64,000 nucleotides of DNA from the NCBI GenBank assembly GCA_051362555.1, contig CM120642.1:17918001-17982000 (forward strand), given 5' to 3'. The notes under the pieces were generated by a model. That model was not told the origin of the DNA and did no database searches. It saw nothing but the letters and a program-made list of their open reading frames with translations. The position numbers were made by a program, and so were the translations under genes. Shown here in pieces: positions 26,575 through 41,640 of this stretch. How positions within the stretch are numbered: position 1 is the first letter of the stretch; each line of letters begins with the position of its first letter. This stretch comes from Lingula anatina (lineage: Eukaryota > Animalia > Brachiopoda).

Positions 26575-29500
26575 ACTAATTACACCCTACATGTAATTAA
26601 AGGATACTGTTAGCACCAAGATGCTTCAGTGTCTCCTTGACTTGAGCAAGGTGGTCATCAGACTGGACACCAAAGCCATATATTGTCCCGCAGGTCTCCT
26701 GGGTCAAACTGGACACATGGGCCAGGGTCAGTCCAGACGTCACATTGGCCACTGCAATGTCATCACCTTCACTGACCACTGCCTTTATGGAGTGAGGACC
26801 CAGACAACTGGACTTGTCCTAAATTAATATAATTAAAAAATTGCACGTTAAAAATGCTGTCAAATTTGCCTTCTTATTTCAAATGCAAAGTGTGATAATT
26901 CTGAATTTTCTATAAAATGAGAGAAGGTCAAACTGATACTTTTAAAGTAATTCTTTTACTAAGAAAATAAAAAAAAAATCTATTTCCCTTTATTAGATTG
27001 ATTGGTTTCTTTAAAAAAATAATAAATTACCAAACAAGTAAATATACTTAATAAACAGCCTACTCCATAATAACATTTTAAGAAACACATGGTTTATACA
27101 GATTTATACAAAAAAATTTCTCCACCTGGACAACAATATGGCCACACTCTACTAGAGGATGCTGGGAGATTTCCTGACGTTTTTCAGCAGCAAAAGTCAG
27201 AACATTGCTGCAGTGAACGTCTGTCCAAAACTGGTTGCCAACTATCTGCTCATCTGCATCGAAGTTACGAAAGTGGAAGCCATCTTCTTTGAAATGCTCC
27301 ACTACTGATTGCAGGCTGGAATTAAAATTGAAAGATAATTTTGAAAATAAATGATTGTAAAAAGACCAGCTTTTTGTAAAATGTCCTTAAAACCTGAAAA
27401 GGGGGCTTATAACCTTTGTTTAAAATCTTGTCTGTACTGCTGACTTAACCTTAAGAAACATAAATTAATTTTTTTTTACTAGAATTAAATATCCAAATAT
27501 TAATCTGTTTAAAAAGCCTACTCTGCAGCCATAATGAATATTCAAAAACATACCATTTTGAAGTAAAACATCAATTTCATCAGCTATGTTAAGCATTCAA
27601 AATGAAATAAATACAAAAATAGTTTCCTAAAACAACACCTAAAAAAATCAATGAAACACACAATCAATGTAGTAGTAAAGTCTCTCATTTTTAGTTTCTG
27701 TGTGAAGAAAATTTTATTGCAAACATTTACCTTGTTTTGAGCAGGTTCACCCAGACAAACACAGGTAGATGTGAGCCCACTTCACTCTGTTCCTGCACAG
27801 CAGCTGGCAGCAAGCTCTCTATAGACAGAGCATTATATTTGATTCTGTTTCTGGCCAATGAGGCATTTAATTTGGTCTTCACAGAGTACAAAGCCTGCTC
27901 TATCTCTGTGACATGTGGGTCCAGCGTCTCGCCTGGAAGCGGCGTGCGTTGCTGGAATTTTCTGTTTTGGAAGTCGTTCAGGATGACCATGACCAAACCA
28001 AAGTCTTCCCTGAACTGAAAGAAAGGCAAATTAAGTGAGCAAAAATGTTTATAAGCTTGGTAGTTTATAAGAGGGTCCTGGCAGCTATACCACCTACCGG
28101 TGAGTGAGTGTCAACATCTACTCACATCATTTTAATGAGGGCCTACGTCCAGGTTGGCCATAAGCTAACGGTATAAAAGTATTTTGGCTTGTGTTAGATA
28201 ATTTTCATTTATGAATGCAAATTAAGGTTTAGTAACTCAAAACCCAAATATTTTTGAAAAATCTCCATCAGCATTACAATAATACTGAGATTTAAAATTT
28301 TGCTATTGTTATCTTTTTTTTTTTTTTTTACAGCAAACCGAGGAATAGTTCTAAAGGTTTTTTAATTCTTATTTGTGGTAAATGATGCTGTAAGGATGGC
28401 TTATTCAATCTGTCCCTTTGGTGCGCTGCATATAACATTTGATTGTGGTAGATAAGAATGTGATGTTATGCCTCCATTGCTACTGGATGTGCTCTTGTTA
28501 TTAAGCACACTATAACTAAAGTTTACCTTCACTCAATGATTTTACACCTGTGCTTAAAACCAAACACAGCAACATGACCTAACAAATGTCTTAATACAAA
28601 AATAATGATATAATTCTTTCATAGTACAGAAGGCAATAATTATTAGATTTCTATACTTGTTGCCTTTCTAAATTTTTAGGATCAAAATGTGCAATATCCT
28701 CAAGTAATTTTCTACTCAACTTTGATTTAACTCAAAATTAATTCTCATAAAACTGAAAATATTTACCTCAGGGAACTGAGCCATGACTGCACAATCATCC
28801 AAAAGGTCCTCCAGTAAATTTTGATCTGAAGAAAAAAATATGAGAGATTCAGATTCTATATCCTATAATAATTCCAGCTGTTAATTCAACTGGACTACAG
28901 TTCAACATGTAGCATAAGCACTTGCACTTATTTTATTTGCACAATATTCTATTTTAAGTGTAAGTAGGTCTATGTTGGTCTATAGACGAAAAAAATGAGC
29001 CAAATGACATTTTTTTAACTTTTAAAAAGAGCATTGCTCATTAAAGAATGCTAAATGGTTCAAGTGAGAAAATCAATTAAGTTCTGAAAAGTGACAGGGC
29101 AAAGGTAAAGAATGATAATAAGATGATAATCACATATACAAGATCAGTAAAACCTCTTTGTATTAGATGGCTAGATTAAAACCAAATAAATATCAATGCT
29201 TCTGGATGCATTACTACATACAGAAATCTTCATGTAAGAACAGGAAAGTCTTAAATAACATCCAAATCTCAAGTGGCTTTTCTCACGAGACAAAAATCTT
29301 CCAACCAATCAAAGTTCAATTTAATCCTGCTGTTTTACAGACCTCGTCACCCACCAAGAAAATGGGGATAAAGTTAATCCCATTGTTGAGCAGAACCCTC
29401 ATGTCTGTCCATACACAACATGGTTTTGTTTTCTTTAAGATTTTTAAATTATTAAGACGACCTATCGAATAGCAGAGATGCCTGGATACAATAGGATAGG

Positions 29501-31067
29501 GCAGGAATCTTAAGCTTTCACCCTCTTGAATTAATCTCCCAATGACACTGTGTCAAGTTTAGGGTGACAAGAATATATAAACTTACTGGCGATTAAAACT
29601 GCACTATGTGTGCCAATGTGAAAAGCAATATATATTCTAAAATGTATGACAAAGAAAGGCATATCATCCATCTTATTTGATATTTAAGTAATAGTGTACT
29701 GGTGCATGTATGTGGGTATGACACAGCATTAATTTTGTCAAATATTCATTAAAACTTAAAAATACAAATTTCTTTAAAAATTTCAAATCTAAAAAAAAAA
29801 AAAAAAAAAAAAAAAATGATACTTTGAAATCATGTAAACTCTCCAGAATCAACCTGAGCTTTATCTTCAACATATAATACCTGCAACATTGCCATGTTAA
29901 TTATTACACATAATTAAAGTCATGACAGTCACTTTTATCAACATATGCCATCCCCTTATTGTGGTGCTTTTATATCTTAAACTTTGCAAGCTAAATGTAA
30001 AAGAAAAAAAAAAACAGAATTTTGTCAACAGCAAGGCAGCTACAACTAAAAAACTATATAAAAGAGAGAACATAACCAGACAAAAAAAGAAAACATGCCT
30101 ATGCTGTTCCTGAGTGCCAGGCAATTTCAATCAGCCAATAGCTCATAACTTAATCAAGAAGTTCTTCCACTCCTACAGTTCTAGGTGAGATTAATACCAC
30201 TGTCGCTGCGATACACATGCGAGATGAGGAGTTCAAGACTTAATTAACACAGTACTAAATTATGCAAAACCTGCCAAGTAACTAATCTACTAAAACACTA
30301 AAGGTTATTGATATCAGTCTGCTTGACAGTTGCCATATAATTTTCTTTCACTGATGAATGCAAACAGCAGACCAAAGTTACGACACGACATTTGTTTTAG
30401 GCACCCAAGTCCTGACAGACAACAAATTTTGAATACAAATCTTTAATTGTTAATTTTACAGTAGCTTTTGAATTTAATTAAAATTCTTAAAGTAACACAA
30501 AGAGTAATGAAATAAAATAAAACAATTTAATTTTTTTTAATCTTTGGACCTTAACTATCATTTACGATATGATTATCTGATCAAGATTCAAACAAAAAGT
30601 GTGTATTATGTTGAAAAAAAAAAAACATTAAAGGAGATAACATGCTATGCATACTAGTACCTGAAAGCTCATACAACAGGTGAAAAAAATAGAAAAATCC
30701 AATTATACTCACATTTCAAAGTAGCAAAAGACAGCTCAAATGTCAGTCGCTTCGTTTTCCCATCAGGAAAATCCAATTTAGGCACCTGCACCATTTTATT
30801 TTTATCAAGTTCTTCCTGCTTCTTTCTCAAATACGGATTGTCCTCTTTGACTGGGTGCTTCAGAGCATCGAATATTTTCCCAGCCAAGAGGAATACCTGG
30901 TGAGAATACCGACAGGGTTCTTTTCTGTTGAAATCATGAAAGGAGTACGGCCGTTTCTCGTCCATGTTCCGTTTCGGCGGAGAGATCCCCGAGGTGCTGG
31001 CGTGACGGCTGACAGCAGCAACACCGTACAGCCCGTGAGATCTGTCCAACTCCAGTATTGGCGGCAT
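24389..31067 (-). CDS. NSUN7: NSUN7-like NOL1/NOP2/Sun-family putative RNA m5C methyltransferase
   Basis: Phase-consistent exons (-): 31080-30713 (ATG 31067), 28825-28767, 28014-27731, 27315-27126, 26818-26608, 26204-26061, 25636-25535, 25384-25119, 24805-24389 (TGA). NSUN7-typical peptides: FELSFATLKYQNLLEDLL, VMVILNDFQNRKFQ, KTKLNASLARNRIK, QDKSSCLGPHSIKA, CSKSGISNPVDFIVNEGED, QAVVYTTHS, DVLARARAMG. Confidence 0.93.
26205..26607 (-). other. U12-type (minor spliceosome) GT-AG intron of NSUN7
   Basis: 5' splice site GTATCCTTT; branch site TTCCTTGAC (26225-26217) lies 10 nt before the terminal AG; no long polypyrimidine tract; flanking exons join in phase 1. Confidence 0.9.
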
Positions 31068-34000
31068 AATGACCTCTGACCTGTAAGAGAGATACACAGA
31101 TAACAATACTGTTGATAGAACCAGCTAAGCACTTGACATTGTGTGTGTATACAGTAATGCTTGATGATTATGTTCCTGGTATGTCTGTTTGGTGTATGCA
31201 TTGAATATACATATCACAGGTCCTAAAACTTGGACATTTCAGGGGCCCCTTTGGACATTTGTTGTTAATCATGATTGACATCTTCTTATCACTGGATTGG
31301 TTGGGCAATAAATGTCTGTATCAACTTGGACACAAATTTAGTAATATTGTAACAATTAAAAAAAAAGGAAAATAAAATAGCTTGGTAAAACCTTGTTCTG
31401 GGCCTATTGTGGGTATAATATATACAAAACCTGTATACCCCCTCCTTAGCCATGGAATTTTTCAAGAGTGTGCTTGCACGATAAAGGCATTCTACGAAAT
31501 ATTAAAAGTGACGATTTATGATACTCATAACTGGAGCGCCAATGTGCAGAACCGCAAGTGTAAATACAAACTGGTGTTTGCTCTATGACCACCTCTGTGT
31601 ACATAACTGATTATTTACGCAACTGTTAATATCACATCACATCAGCAATGAATTTGTCTAAAAGCCCCGCCGAGTTAATCTTTTGTTTAAACTATCTGAT
31701 AATACTTACGACAACAGAACGGAAATTTGACAAAATTATTTGAAAGTTACACTGTTGATCCCTTCAAAATATAATCCCACTTTTTTTAAAAGAATAATTC
31801 TTGTCTAAGTCTGACTCACAAACGCGCAAAAAACAGGCTCAAAAAAGGCCTATTAACAGTTTTGCTGGTAATGCCTGTAATGGAAAAATAATTTTCAAAG
31901 ATTCTTCACTTATCCAAAAATCAATCTGAAATAATCCTTTGTACATACATGATGAGTTAAGGGTATATGAAACTTTGACTTCTGGTCACTACTGGAGTGG
32001 ACACTACCAGTACTGGTCACTACCTGTCTTTACCCACCCACTCATCTGGCTGTCCACAAGGCATTTACCAGCCCTAAGATAAACACTGAAAACCCCTTTG
32101 GAATGTAGACTAAGGAACTATCCATCCATATCACCATAACAATAACATTAGCGGACATTTACAGTGACAGTACAAATATTATACCTGCAGATTCGAAATT
32201 CTTGGAGAGCTGTGTGAATGTTGCCTGAATATTGATCCCCCCCCCTCCCCTCCCCTTTGCCTCCCCCTTTTTAATTCAATAACTCTTAACATTTTTAGTC
32301 AGGAATCAACTGACAAACACGACTACCAGTATGTAACTCAACAACTTGAATTTCTTTAAAGCTATTAAGTTCAATTCATGATTTTTGTTATAATGAAAAA
32401 AAAATGCTGATAAAACGGAAAAGAGTTTATCAAAATTTTCTTCTTCATTTAAGTACCAGAAGAACTTAGTAACCAACACACACAAATACTGCAACACAAA
32501 AATGTACCCTTGTAGTAAGAGTTATCTGTTAAGCCAAGCACCAAGTAATCATAAAGTAATTTCAGTTGATAACCTATTATACCCACCGTTTTGGTGAGAG
32601 AGTGTGTCAACAACCCAACCCTTAAAACCTTGTAAATACTTTGAGTCACTATGAAGAAGGAATTATGGCAGCTTTGCTTCTACTTTTCTACCTTTTTCGT
32701 TTTGTCTTATCAGAATGTAAATACAGGGGCAATTAAGGCAACCCACACTAAACACCTTTTGTATTCATGGAGTTAATTTGAGGAAAAAAGTCAAATCAAC
32801 ACAAACAGGTAAACAATAAATAACCCCCTAGAGGGAGGAAACCTCGTAAACATCTTTTGTGGAAGATCAGAGATCTTTTTCTGTGTGCTAAAAATAAATT
32901 CATTTATAATTTCCTTTTCTTTTTTTTTTTTTTTTTTTTTTGAGCAGTTACTTGGAACATTACATCCTGATACTTATTTTAGATTTATAAAAAATCAATT
33001 ATCAGAAAAATGTTCCCATTCATTATTTAAACCATTTTCAATTCTGAAAAGTTCTCCTTTTAACATTTTTTCTCATTATTACAAGTTCTTCTGTTGCTTT
33101 TATATTCCCACATTTCATATTTGATAAATAAATATTCTACTTCAAAGAGGACAAAATGAATCTCATAAAAACTGCTGATGCAGTAAGCTGTAAGAAATAA
33201 GAAATATCAATCACATCAACTACAGTGGACCAAAAAAAGAAATAAGTTTATATTAATCCTGTGTAAAAGGTATCACACATCTTAATATCCCAGATATCCT
33301 TTGCCCTGATAAGACCATAAACTGTATCATAAATTAAACTGAGGAAATCAAACAACTGATAACTTACTGATCTCAAGGCACACTTTTTGAAGGCAAGGTA
33401 TTAGCTTATGGCAACCTTATTTTAAGATATACTGTCCATGATTTACCAACCAAATTTAACTTTCTTCAAGAAAATAGCAATGTTTTCTATTGGTGAAATG
33501 TTGCTCCACCCATACCTGTACTTGGTTTCTGTTTTACCTTTATTTCTAAACATATGATTGGGAAAGATACATAAGAAATATTGAGACATCTTCATATGTA
33601 GATAGTATACCTTTATATGATTAAACCAGCTAGGTAATCAAGCCATTCATGATTCCAATAAATTGTTTCTAAATAAGTAATAAGAATCATATAAATAATA
33701 CAAATTGGTGATGAAAATGTTCAAAGTCTTGTTTCCCAAAGGATGCCTCTTTCATTGTTGAAACTATAAAGCACTATATTAATTTTTAAAACTGTCTAAT
33801 TTCAAGAATGCTTAAAAACTGACTGTATACAAAAAATCAAACAGAGCCAATATACTAAAGTACATTTATTAATCATAACAACAAAATATTGCAAACAGAA
33901 AATATCAATGAAGCTCCTTAATTCTCTCTCCATTATACTACATTTTCATTCAAAGACTCCCATCCGTAATCGATCATTTTTATTTTTAAACAACAATCTA

Positions 34001-35292
34001 AATATAACTCAAAACAACAATTTGAAAGCAGTGGGGCTGCAGGTTCTACAGTGCTCTCACATTTCACATCAAAAGAGTCTTTCATACACTCTACAATGCT
34101 CTCTTTTCATGAATAGTTAACACTAACAATGTATGACCTCTCCAGCCACAATGGCTGACCCAGATGAAGAGATTACAGAAAGTTGTTTACCAGTCTTATC
34201 CACTGTTACTAGGCGCAGTAAACAGGTCTAGGAAAATGCATCATTTTTTACGTTTATATTCTTTAAAAATATTCAAAATAAAGATTTGGAGGCCTCGTTA
34301 CCACAAAATTGGAAATAAGTTATATAAATTTTAGGTAATATTTTGTTATGAAAATGTACCTTGTATTTTCAATTGCCTGCACAGAAATCCTAAATATGCT
34401 AATGCTAGTGTTGAATAAAATCACATCAAAATTTATAAAATAGTTTTAAAACCTTGAGGCCACTTAACTGCTTAATATTTGTACATTTTTACATTAATTT
34501 ATAAATAAAAATTCTCACCTTTTTCAAATCCTCAGAAATGAATGAGTGAATGAAATACTCCAATGGCTTAACAGAATAAATATCCAAAATTCAGCCTTAT
34601 CGCATCTGGTATTGATAATCTGTTATTCTTCAAAATCCCAATCAAGAAATCAAGTAGTTTCCAATGATTTTCAAGTATGTTTCTTAAGAACTGTAATATA
34701 TGCTTCCAGGAAAATAATGTCACTTCCTACTTTCGGTGACGCTCCGGTGTACTGATTCAATGGGCCAGCATGCTACCCAATATATCAGCTGTTTACAATC
34801 ACAATAGTCAATCACACACAGGAGTACAGTGCACTACAGTATTTATTTACACTGGTGTACACCTAACTGTGATTGATAGAATGGTGCGTCTATTCAGCGG
34901 CACAGTGTGATTTGTTAACCTATTGTCCCTAATGTGTACTCGCTTTTTAAAATAGTAACTAGCCCAGAAAAAAGCCTTTATGTGTTAACCAGTTATTCAA
35001 ACAAGACAAATGGGATTAGATCCACAATTTCGCATTAGGTGTTTACTAAAATAAACACAGCGCGGTATTTAAAACTGGCAAATATTTGTCTCCAGAAGAA
35101 ATCCATGACGTCGTGTGCGAAGAACATTTTCAGCGGGGGCCTAAAATAAATTTATTTAAACTCAGATTGTCTGTGGACCTAGCACCTTTGGAGAAAGCAG
35201 GAAAAACAGGCACCTGGATGACTATTTACATTACCTGTTTGGACTGACACCACAAGAGACCTTCTATTGGTACACGACGTCAGAATTATATT

Positions 35293-35726
35293 GTTAAATA
35301 ACAATATCAATTAAAGCACATAGCCCTAACTTTATAATAGGGAAATTGTAGATGTGTAGCTTTCTTTGACAGTTTGTCTTAACAACAACTTTTTTGTTGT
35401 GTTTATTTTTTGCGTTTTTTTTTTTTTTTCAGACATCTGTGCACAAACAAAATGTGAGTTACCTTTCTGTTTTGCACAATATCAAATCTGAAAATTTTCT
35501 GTGATTGTTAAATAACAATTTTAATTAAAGCACATAACAATTACTTTATGCTAGGGAAATTACAGATTTGCTGCTTTCTTTGACAGTTTGTCTTAACAAC
35601 AACTTTTTTGTTGTGTTTATTTTTTTTTTTTCGCTCTTTTTTCCCAGACATACATGCACAAATAAAATTTGTGAGTGATCTTTTTTGTTTTGCACAATGT
35701 CAGACCTGAAAATTTTCTGTGATTGG
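35293..35726 (+). repeat. Diverged tandem duplication, ~215-bp unit x2
   Basis: ttaaagcacata...ctttctttgacagtttgtcttaacaacaactttttg...ctgaaaattttctgtgattg occurs twice ~215 bp apart. Confidence 0.85.
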
Positions 35727-36323
35727 AAAACAATCAAAAAGTCTGCATTGAAATTGCATGAAAACTGCAAGAAATGATCATAAAAGCAGCAAAGAATATC
35801 TTAAATCATCATTAGAGTTGGACCCACTGTAGGTTTTAGTTTGATTCAAGTTACAACATAATCATGTACAATCTTTAAAAACCAACCAAATTAAAACAAG
35901 GATATTGAATTTGTACACTTGATGTTATTAAACTCATTTTTCTGAAATCATACCCATACCAAATTTTAGTTTTGTTACTGATAGAACACTGCCAATTTTG
36001 TACTGGTGCAGGACTACCCACAAAAAGGAACACTTATTACATGTAGATAATAATCAGCAGCAATTTTTAATTAAATTTTTTCTACCCTTATATCATTATT
36101 CAATTATTTTTTTAAAACTTACAGAAACAGGACCTACATGTATTTTAAACGAGATTTTAGTACATAAAAATAGCACAATCTCAGAAAAACAATGTTCTAG
36201 AAATGTTACTGTCAGTTTAATCTCTTGTTCCAGTGCTGTAGGATGTTGAATGCCAACTTTCAAAATATCCTTCAAAACAAATTTCCATGGACAGTAGGTG
36301 AATGTTAAATCTATACATTTCCT

Positions 36324-36326
<3 letters not shown>

Positions 36327-36378
<52 letters not shown>
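36327..36378. repeat. (AT)n microsatellite
   Basis: Perfect dinucleotide run. Confidence 0.95.
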
Positions 36379-36381
<3 letters not shown>

Positions 36382-39300
36382 GCAAAATGTGGCCAAAATA
36401 GGCATTATAACAAATAGTGAAGGGAAAGTCAAGTCTCAATATGACCTGGCACCTACCAGTAATTTATCTCAGACATTACTGTTTATCTCAGACATATCTT
36501 AAGGATCAATGCATAATTTTTTTCTATGGTATTAGTTTAAATAGCTATTAACATTGCCCAACTCTTATCTTCATATAAATCCGACGAATTATCCCGTATT
36601 AAAGTATGTGAGTTATGAAGAGCCTTAGTAACTGTTCAATAACCTCACCCAGGACCCCAAGACAACAGATCTGATAATTCTGAACCAAATTCTGTACAGG
36701 GCTCACTGAAGAACAGCGTATATTTAATTCAAAATTCAACCAACTTCAGAAAAAAAATTCTTCCCAGATTATAGCAACTTGATTCTAGTTGTCGTAACTT
36801 TAAAATGGGAAGTTAAAGCTTTAAAATGTTACGGAGAAAATTGCAAATTAAAAAAAAACAATACTTATGTAACACTGAATTAATTAACAAAAAAAGCTGA
36901 ACAGTTCAAAATTTAATTAAAAACAGAAATATAGATCTAAGTCTGTAGTCAATATAAATAATTCATAAAATCAGGTATTAAACAAAATATCAGATTAATC
37001 TCAAAAGGTGACATTAACACCCTTTAAGCAGGTGTGCACATCAATTTTTCTCAGCTGGCATATCTTGAAAAGACTGGCTACCTCCTCAATTTTAATCAAC
37101 AACAGCAACTTTTAAGTTGTAAATATTAAAAAAGAAATACATATTTTAGCGTGAAGCATTAATACAAATAATTCCTAGAACAAGAAAGATAATTAAAATT
37201 TCAAACCATAATATAAAACAAACTTCTGGAACTTGGATGTTTCTCACCTGTCCACTTCCATGTTGAAACCAACAGCATTCAGCTGGATACGTTTCACCTG
37301 TCTGAAGTCCAATACAAAAGTATTAAAATGAGACTGGCATGCGTGCCATTGACTTCTACGCCCAAGTGCTGTCCAACAAGTCCACAAGGGCCCTCAAATG
37401 TATGTATATCTTCACGTCTAATATTGACTTCTTTCTAACAACTCCCTTCCATACCGCAGGTCGCACAATGCCACATGCAGGCCTTTTGCTACAGCTTTTC
37501 TCTTAATAGATGTATATTTATAAAAACACCCACTTCAAAGAGAACTTCCCGCGTATGTCTACAATGGTTCTTAGACTGAGATTAAAAATGTCGTCTTTTA
37601 TTGTTGGCATCAATGTGTCTATAGGCACAGATGCAACTGTTCTCTGGATGAAGATTAAAAAGCTCCAATAGTAAAGCACCCCATTGTTTCCCGGGCGGCC
37701 ATCTACTTGAGTGTTTTACTTTTAGCTATTGATGTAATGGCATTATACACCTGTGTTAGCTTTCACATTCATCAAGATGCAAGCCTTAGCTAAGTTATTT
37801 TCAGTTAGTCAATTGTTGGATAGATTTCATCACAATTTCCTTCGAGGCAGCACGTATCATTTTCAATGCTGCTTCCTGCTACATCCTTTCCATACACTTA
37901 AGTATCGCAGGCCATGGACAGGGTTAGTTTCACAAAACTAGTTTAAAAATTAACTCTGGGAAAGGATGATTTGAATGCAAAACTTAATACATTTAGACTA
38001 CTACAGAGAAGCCTGGACTGGTATTTAATATCTTTTTTCTCCCCTCTCCCCCCCCCCCCAAAAAAAAATAAAATAAACAAAAACAAAAACAAAAACAAAA
38101 AAATAAATAGATTTTGGAGAAATATCTGGTCAATGTGTGAACTTGTTTCATGGACAGAATTGACAGGCAAAATAAATATCCATCTAAAAAGGGTCCAGCC
38201 TTTTTTTTTTTTTTTTTTTTTTTTGTCCTGTTTAATAATTTGTAAGTCTGGATACCAAAGCAATGCTAAATTGCAAACACATTATTGGGTGTTGCCACTG
38301 CTTAATGGGTTGCCCATTGAATACAGAGAACATATTTTTAAATATTTAATATCCCATACAATTTCATGGCTCATTGATCAAGGGTAAAACAGATGTTCAT
38401 CATGATACAGTTTAAAATGTATTGTTTCATGGGGGATTTAATTTGGGTCATAGAAGGGGGAATTTTAATATCATAAATAAAACCAAGCTTGTTTTGTCTT
38501 CAGCAATACTGGACAGAAATGATAAAATTCCTGTTTTTGCATATACTCATATTACTTGAGGGCATTTTCTATTTTCAAAACAAATACTGGTTATATAGTC
38601 AAATATAAACATAAAATTCTCAGTATTTATAGCCTTATTTGTAAATATTTTATCTTAATTTGTACTTTAGAATGGGCCAGCCATGCAAGAAGCAGAGAGA
38701 AGACTAGGAATATATTTATCTGATTGAGACATGATTGCCGCTTTGACTGTCTCTCAATATGTAAAGAGCCATATGCAAGTATACTTTAACTTTGATAACT
38801 CACACAAATAATGTTTTTACAGGCAGTATCCATCCACATATTTTTATACTGATTAACCCAGGATCTGTTCAGTCCTGTAATAGACTATAAAAATACCAAT
38901 TAATGCATAAAGTAGTGTTTAGACATATAATATGTCTCCATTTTATCTATCTATACAAAATGAACTTTACAAATTCCCTGGATAACTTAACTAAAGGAAA
39001 ATTTTCAGCTCCATTTTAACAATCATTCCACATGCGGGTTTAAATATATACCTAACACATTTAATTGCAAGTCTAAAAGAACCAAATCACTGTGTGTGAA
39101 TGGGCCTACAAAAACCTCTTGCCTGCTCACAATACGATCAATAAATGCATTAGATACGAACATTATCAGTTACATGTTGTTGTGCATATGTAAGCCCTAA
39201 TGGCTGACTACAATGCAGTAGCTATAGGCTGTTTCTCAGGATCAAATGGAATGTTATAATTAACCACTGTGTTACAATTCAGCAAGTTAGTGGCATGTAT

Positions 39301-39940
39301 TTGTATATGGATCGGGTTCAGGAAACGAAGGAAATGCAGAAAGTATTAAGAATTGCGCCAACTGGAAATTTAATATTTTACCTCAAGGGAGTAACAATAC
39401 TTTATGTAAATTGTCTCTGGCAGTAAATAAAAACTTTATTTGTGAATTTTAGAATGAATAAGGTGAACCTGACATTGGATACTGAGGGAAGTGTAAAAAA
39501 AGATCAAAATCTACTTTATGGGCAGCTACAGGCCAATAGTTCACCAGTACTAACACCTTTTAAGAAACCCTTTCCAATATATTCAATTATAACAGAAAAC
39601 AAACTTGCAGATAAATGGGAAAGGTAGAGGGAACAGAAAAATAAACAGTTCATTAAAAGTAAGGTAATCATTTTAAATTGTAAACACCTCACTTTTTCTT
39701 ATATTTTACTAATTCCAATTTACTCATCCTTAATCTCTTCTGATGCAAAATCACTTTTCAAACCTTTCCTTTATATAATTAACAATTTTTATGGGGGGGG
39801 GGGGAGGAAGAGGATTATAAATTTGTCCTGAGTAATTACAGTTCAACTGTAGTCTTATTCATATATGTACGATACCTGAACAGACAAAAAGTGATATCAG
39901 TTCCTCCTACGTATATCAAAGAGTGTGTCAGTCTCACCTA

Positions 39941-39991
<51 letters not shown>
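39941..39991. repeat. (AAT)n microsatellite
   Basis: Perfect trinucleotide run. Confidence 0.95.
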
Positions 39992-39995
<4 letters not shown>

Positions 39996-41640
39996 GCAGC
40001 AATAAAAGAAAAGTGTATAACAAATCCACCACCCTGGTGTAATGTTATTTCTTTGCAAACACAACTAAATAATCAAACATGATTTCTACTTCAAAGAGAT
40101 TAAACAGCATACTGATACTGATAAAGAAAACATGCATATTATATCAGACAGGTTGAATCAAAAGGCAATTACCTTTAGTGTGGATTACTATATGGTGATG
40201 AAAACCTGCCTTGCCCTTTGTTCCTAATCTCTTGATTCATCTAAATCTCTGCTATCCAAATATGTAAAGTTGTCTTCAGCAGATAAATCCTTAAAAGAAA
40301 CACAACCCAAATGATGTAAATGTTGTTACCAGTGCAAAAGCATTCCTTATTAACTGAGTCCAAACAAATGTTTTGGGATATCAAAACTGACAACCTAGGC
40401 TTTTAGATGTACCAATGAATTGTAACTGACAGCTTTATATGCCGTACTGGATCTTAACTGTCGGAAACAATAGTCTTTTGTACTGGAGTTAATGCTGTTA
40501 ATCCTAGTAACATGTAAACATTTGTTTTAATTACATCACTAACACTACAGATATTCATATTAGTTGGATTACAAAGAAAAAGTGTATTCACAGGCCTAAA
40601 TTTGCATACATGTCAATATTTTTTTAATCTATATGTATTTAATTCCTTAGTTTTCATGACTGATGGGAATATTTTGACACTGTACTTTACAACCTTAGCA
40701 TGACCTTCATCAAATGAATAATATTATATAACAGCTTAATTCCACTGATCAAGAAATGGTTTTTCATAAAAAAAAAATTAGTATGCAGGTTGACAAGTTC
40801 AATATACGAAGAATCTTTCTATTTTGGTATAAATATGAAATTTGCACTGTCATTATTTTACATGTATGAATGAATATCTATTTATTTTGAAATTCACTGT
40901 CCTGATCAACAGATATTGTTGACATTTCCTTTTGATGTGTTCAGAAAACTACAGTCAAAACGATTCAGTGTCATTTAAAAACAAATTTGAAAACGTTTCA
41001 ATCAAAATAGTTCAAAGCATTCAATACAAGGAATGGGTCAAGCAATGATTCATAAGTAGAAAAATATGGCATTTTTATTTGAGGAAAACTAGTTTTGGCT
41101 CGAAAATCCCAGATAGGACTCATTGACAGTTATCAACTTCAAGATTTTAAATAACTTAACCCCTACTATTCAATCTTACCTGTTACAAAACCTTCAGTGT
41201 TTATAATACTCCATGAAGCAGTCAATCAATCCCTTGTTCTCAAACATCCGATGTTTTATCTATAAATTTGCGCGAACCCTGTAATCGGAGGAAATCAAAA
41301 CTGTAGCTTGTGGCCCTAATGACAGAATCAATGACATCACGAACTTATTGGCATTTGTGTCTTTGATTCTTAAATAACACTCTATTGATCTGATTAAGTA
41401 GCTTATGTTCTTGATGCATCGTATATGAAGTTTACAACCAATTTACGTCGAATCTATGTTATTGTAATTGTAAATTGATATAATATCATTTTGTGAATTT
41501 TTCACATAGATCTACGAGTTAAATGAACCTAGCGTTGACATAAAGACTTATAATTTATTGATATTCTCCAGCCAGGCCGGCAGCAACTGGAAGAGTAACA
41601 AAGCATTTGCCCAAACCCTACAAACTTGTTAAATACTCAC

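Noticed and set aside
37230-37720. Slightly GC-richer stretch with Cys/His-containing minus-strand translation (WHCATCG...)
   Set aside because: Interrupted by stops and not assignable to a family; at most a decayed TE fragment.
40173-40289. Exon-like segment on the minus strand between the candidate NSUN7 first exon and the main coding exons
   Set aside because: Splice-like boundaries exist, but the phase needed to continue the upstream ATG hits a stop; it could only be a UTR exon and this is unsupported.
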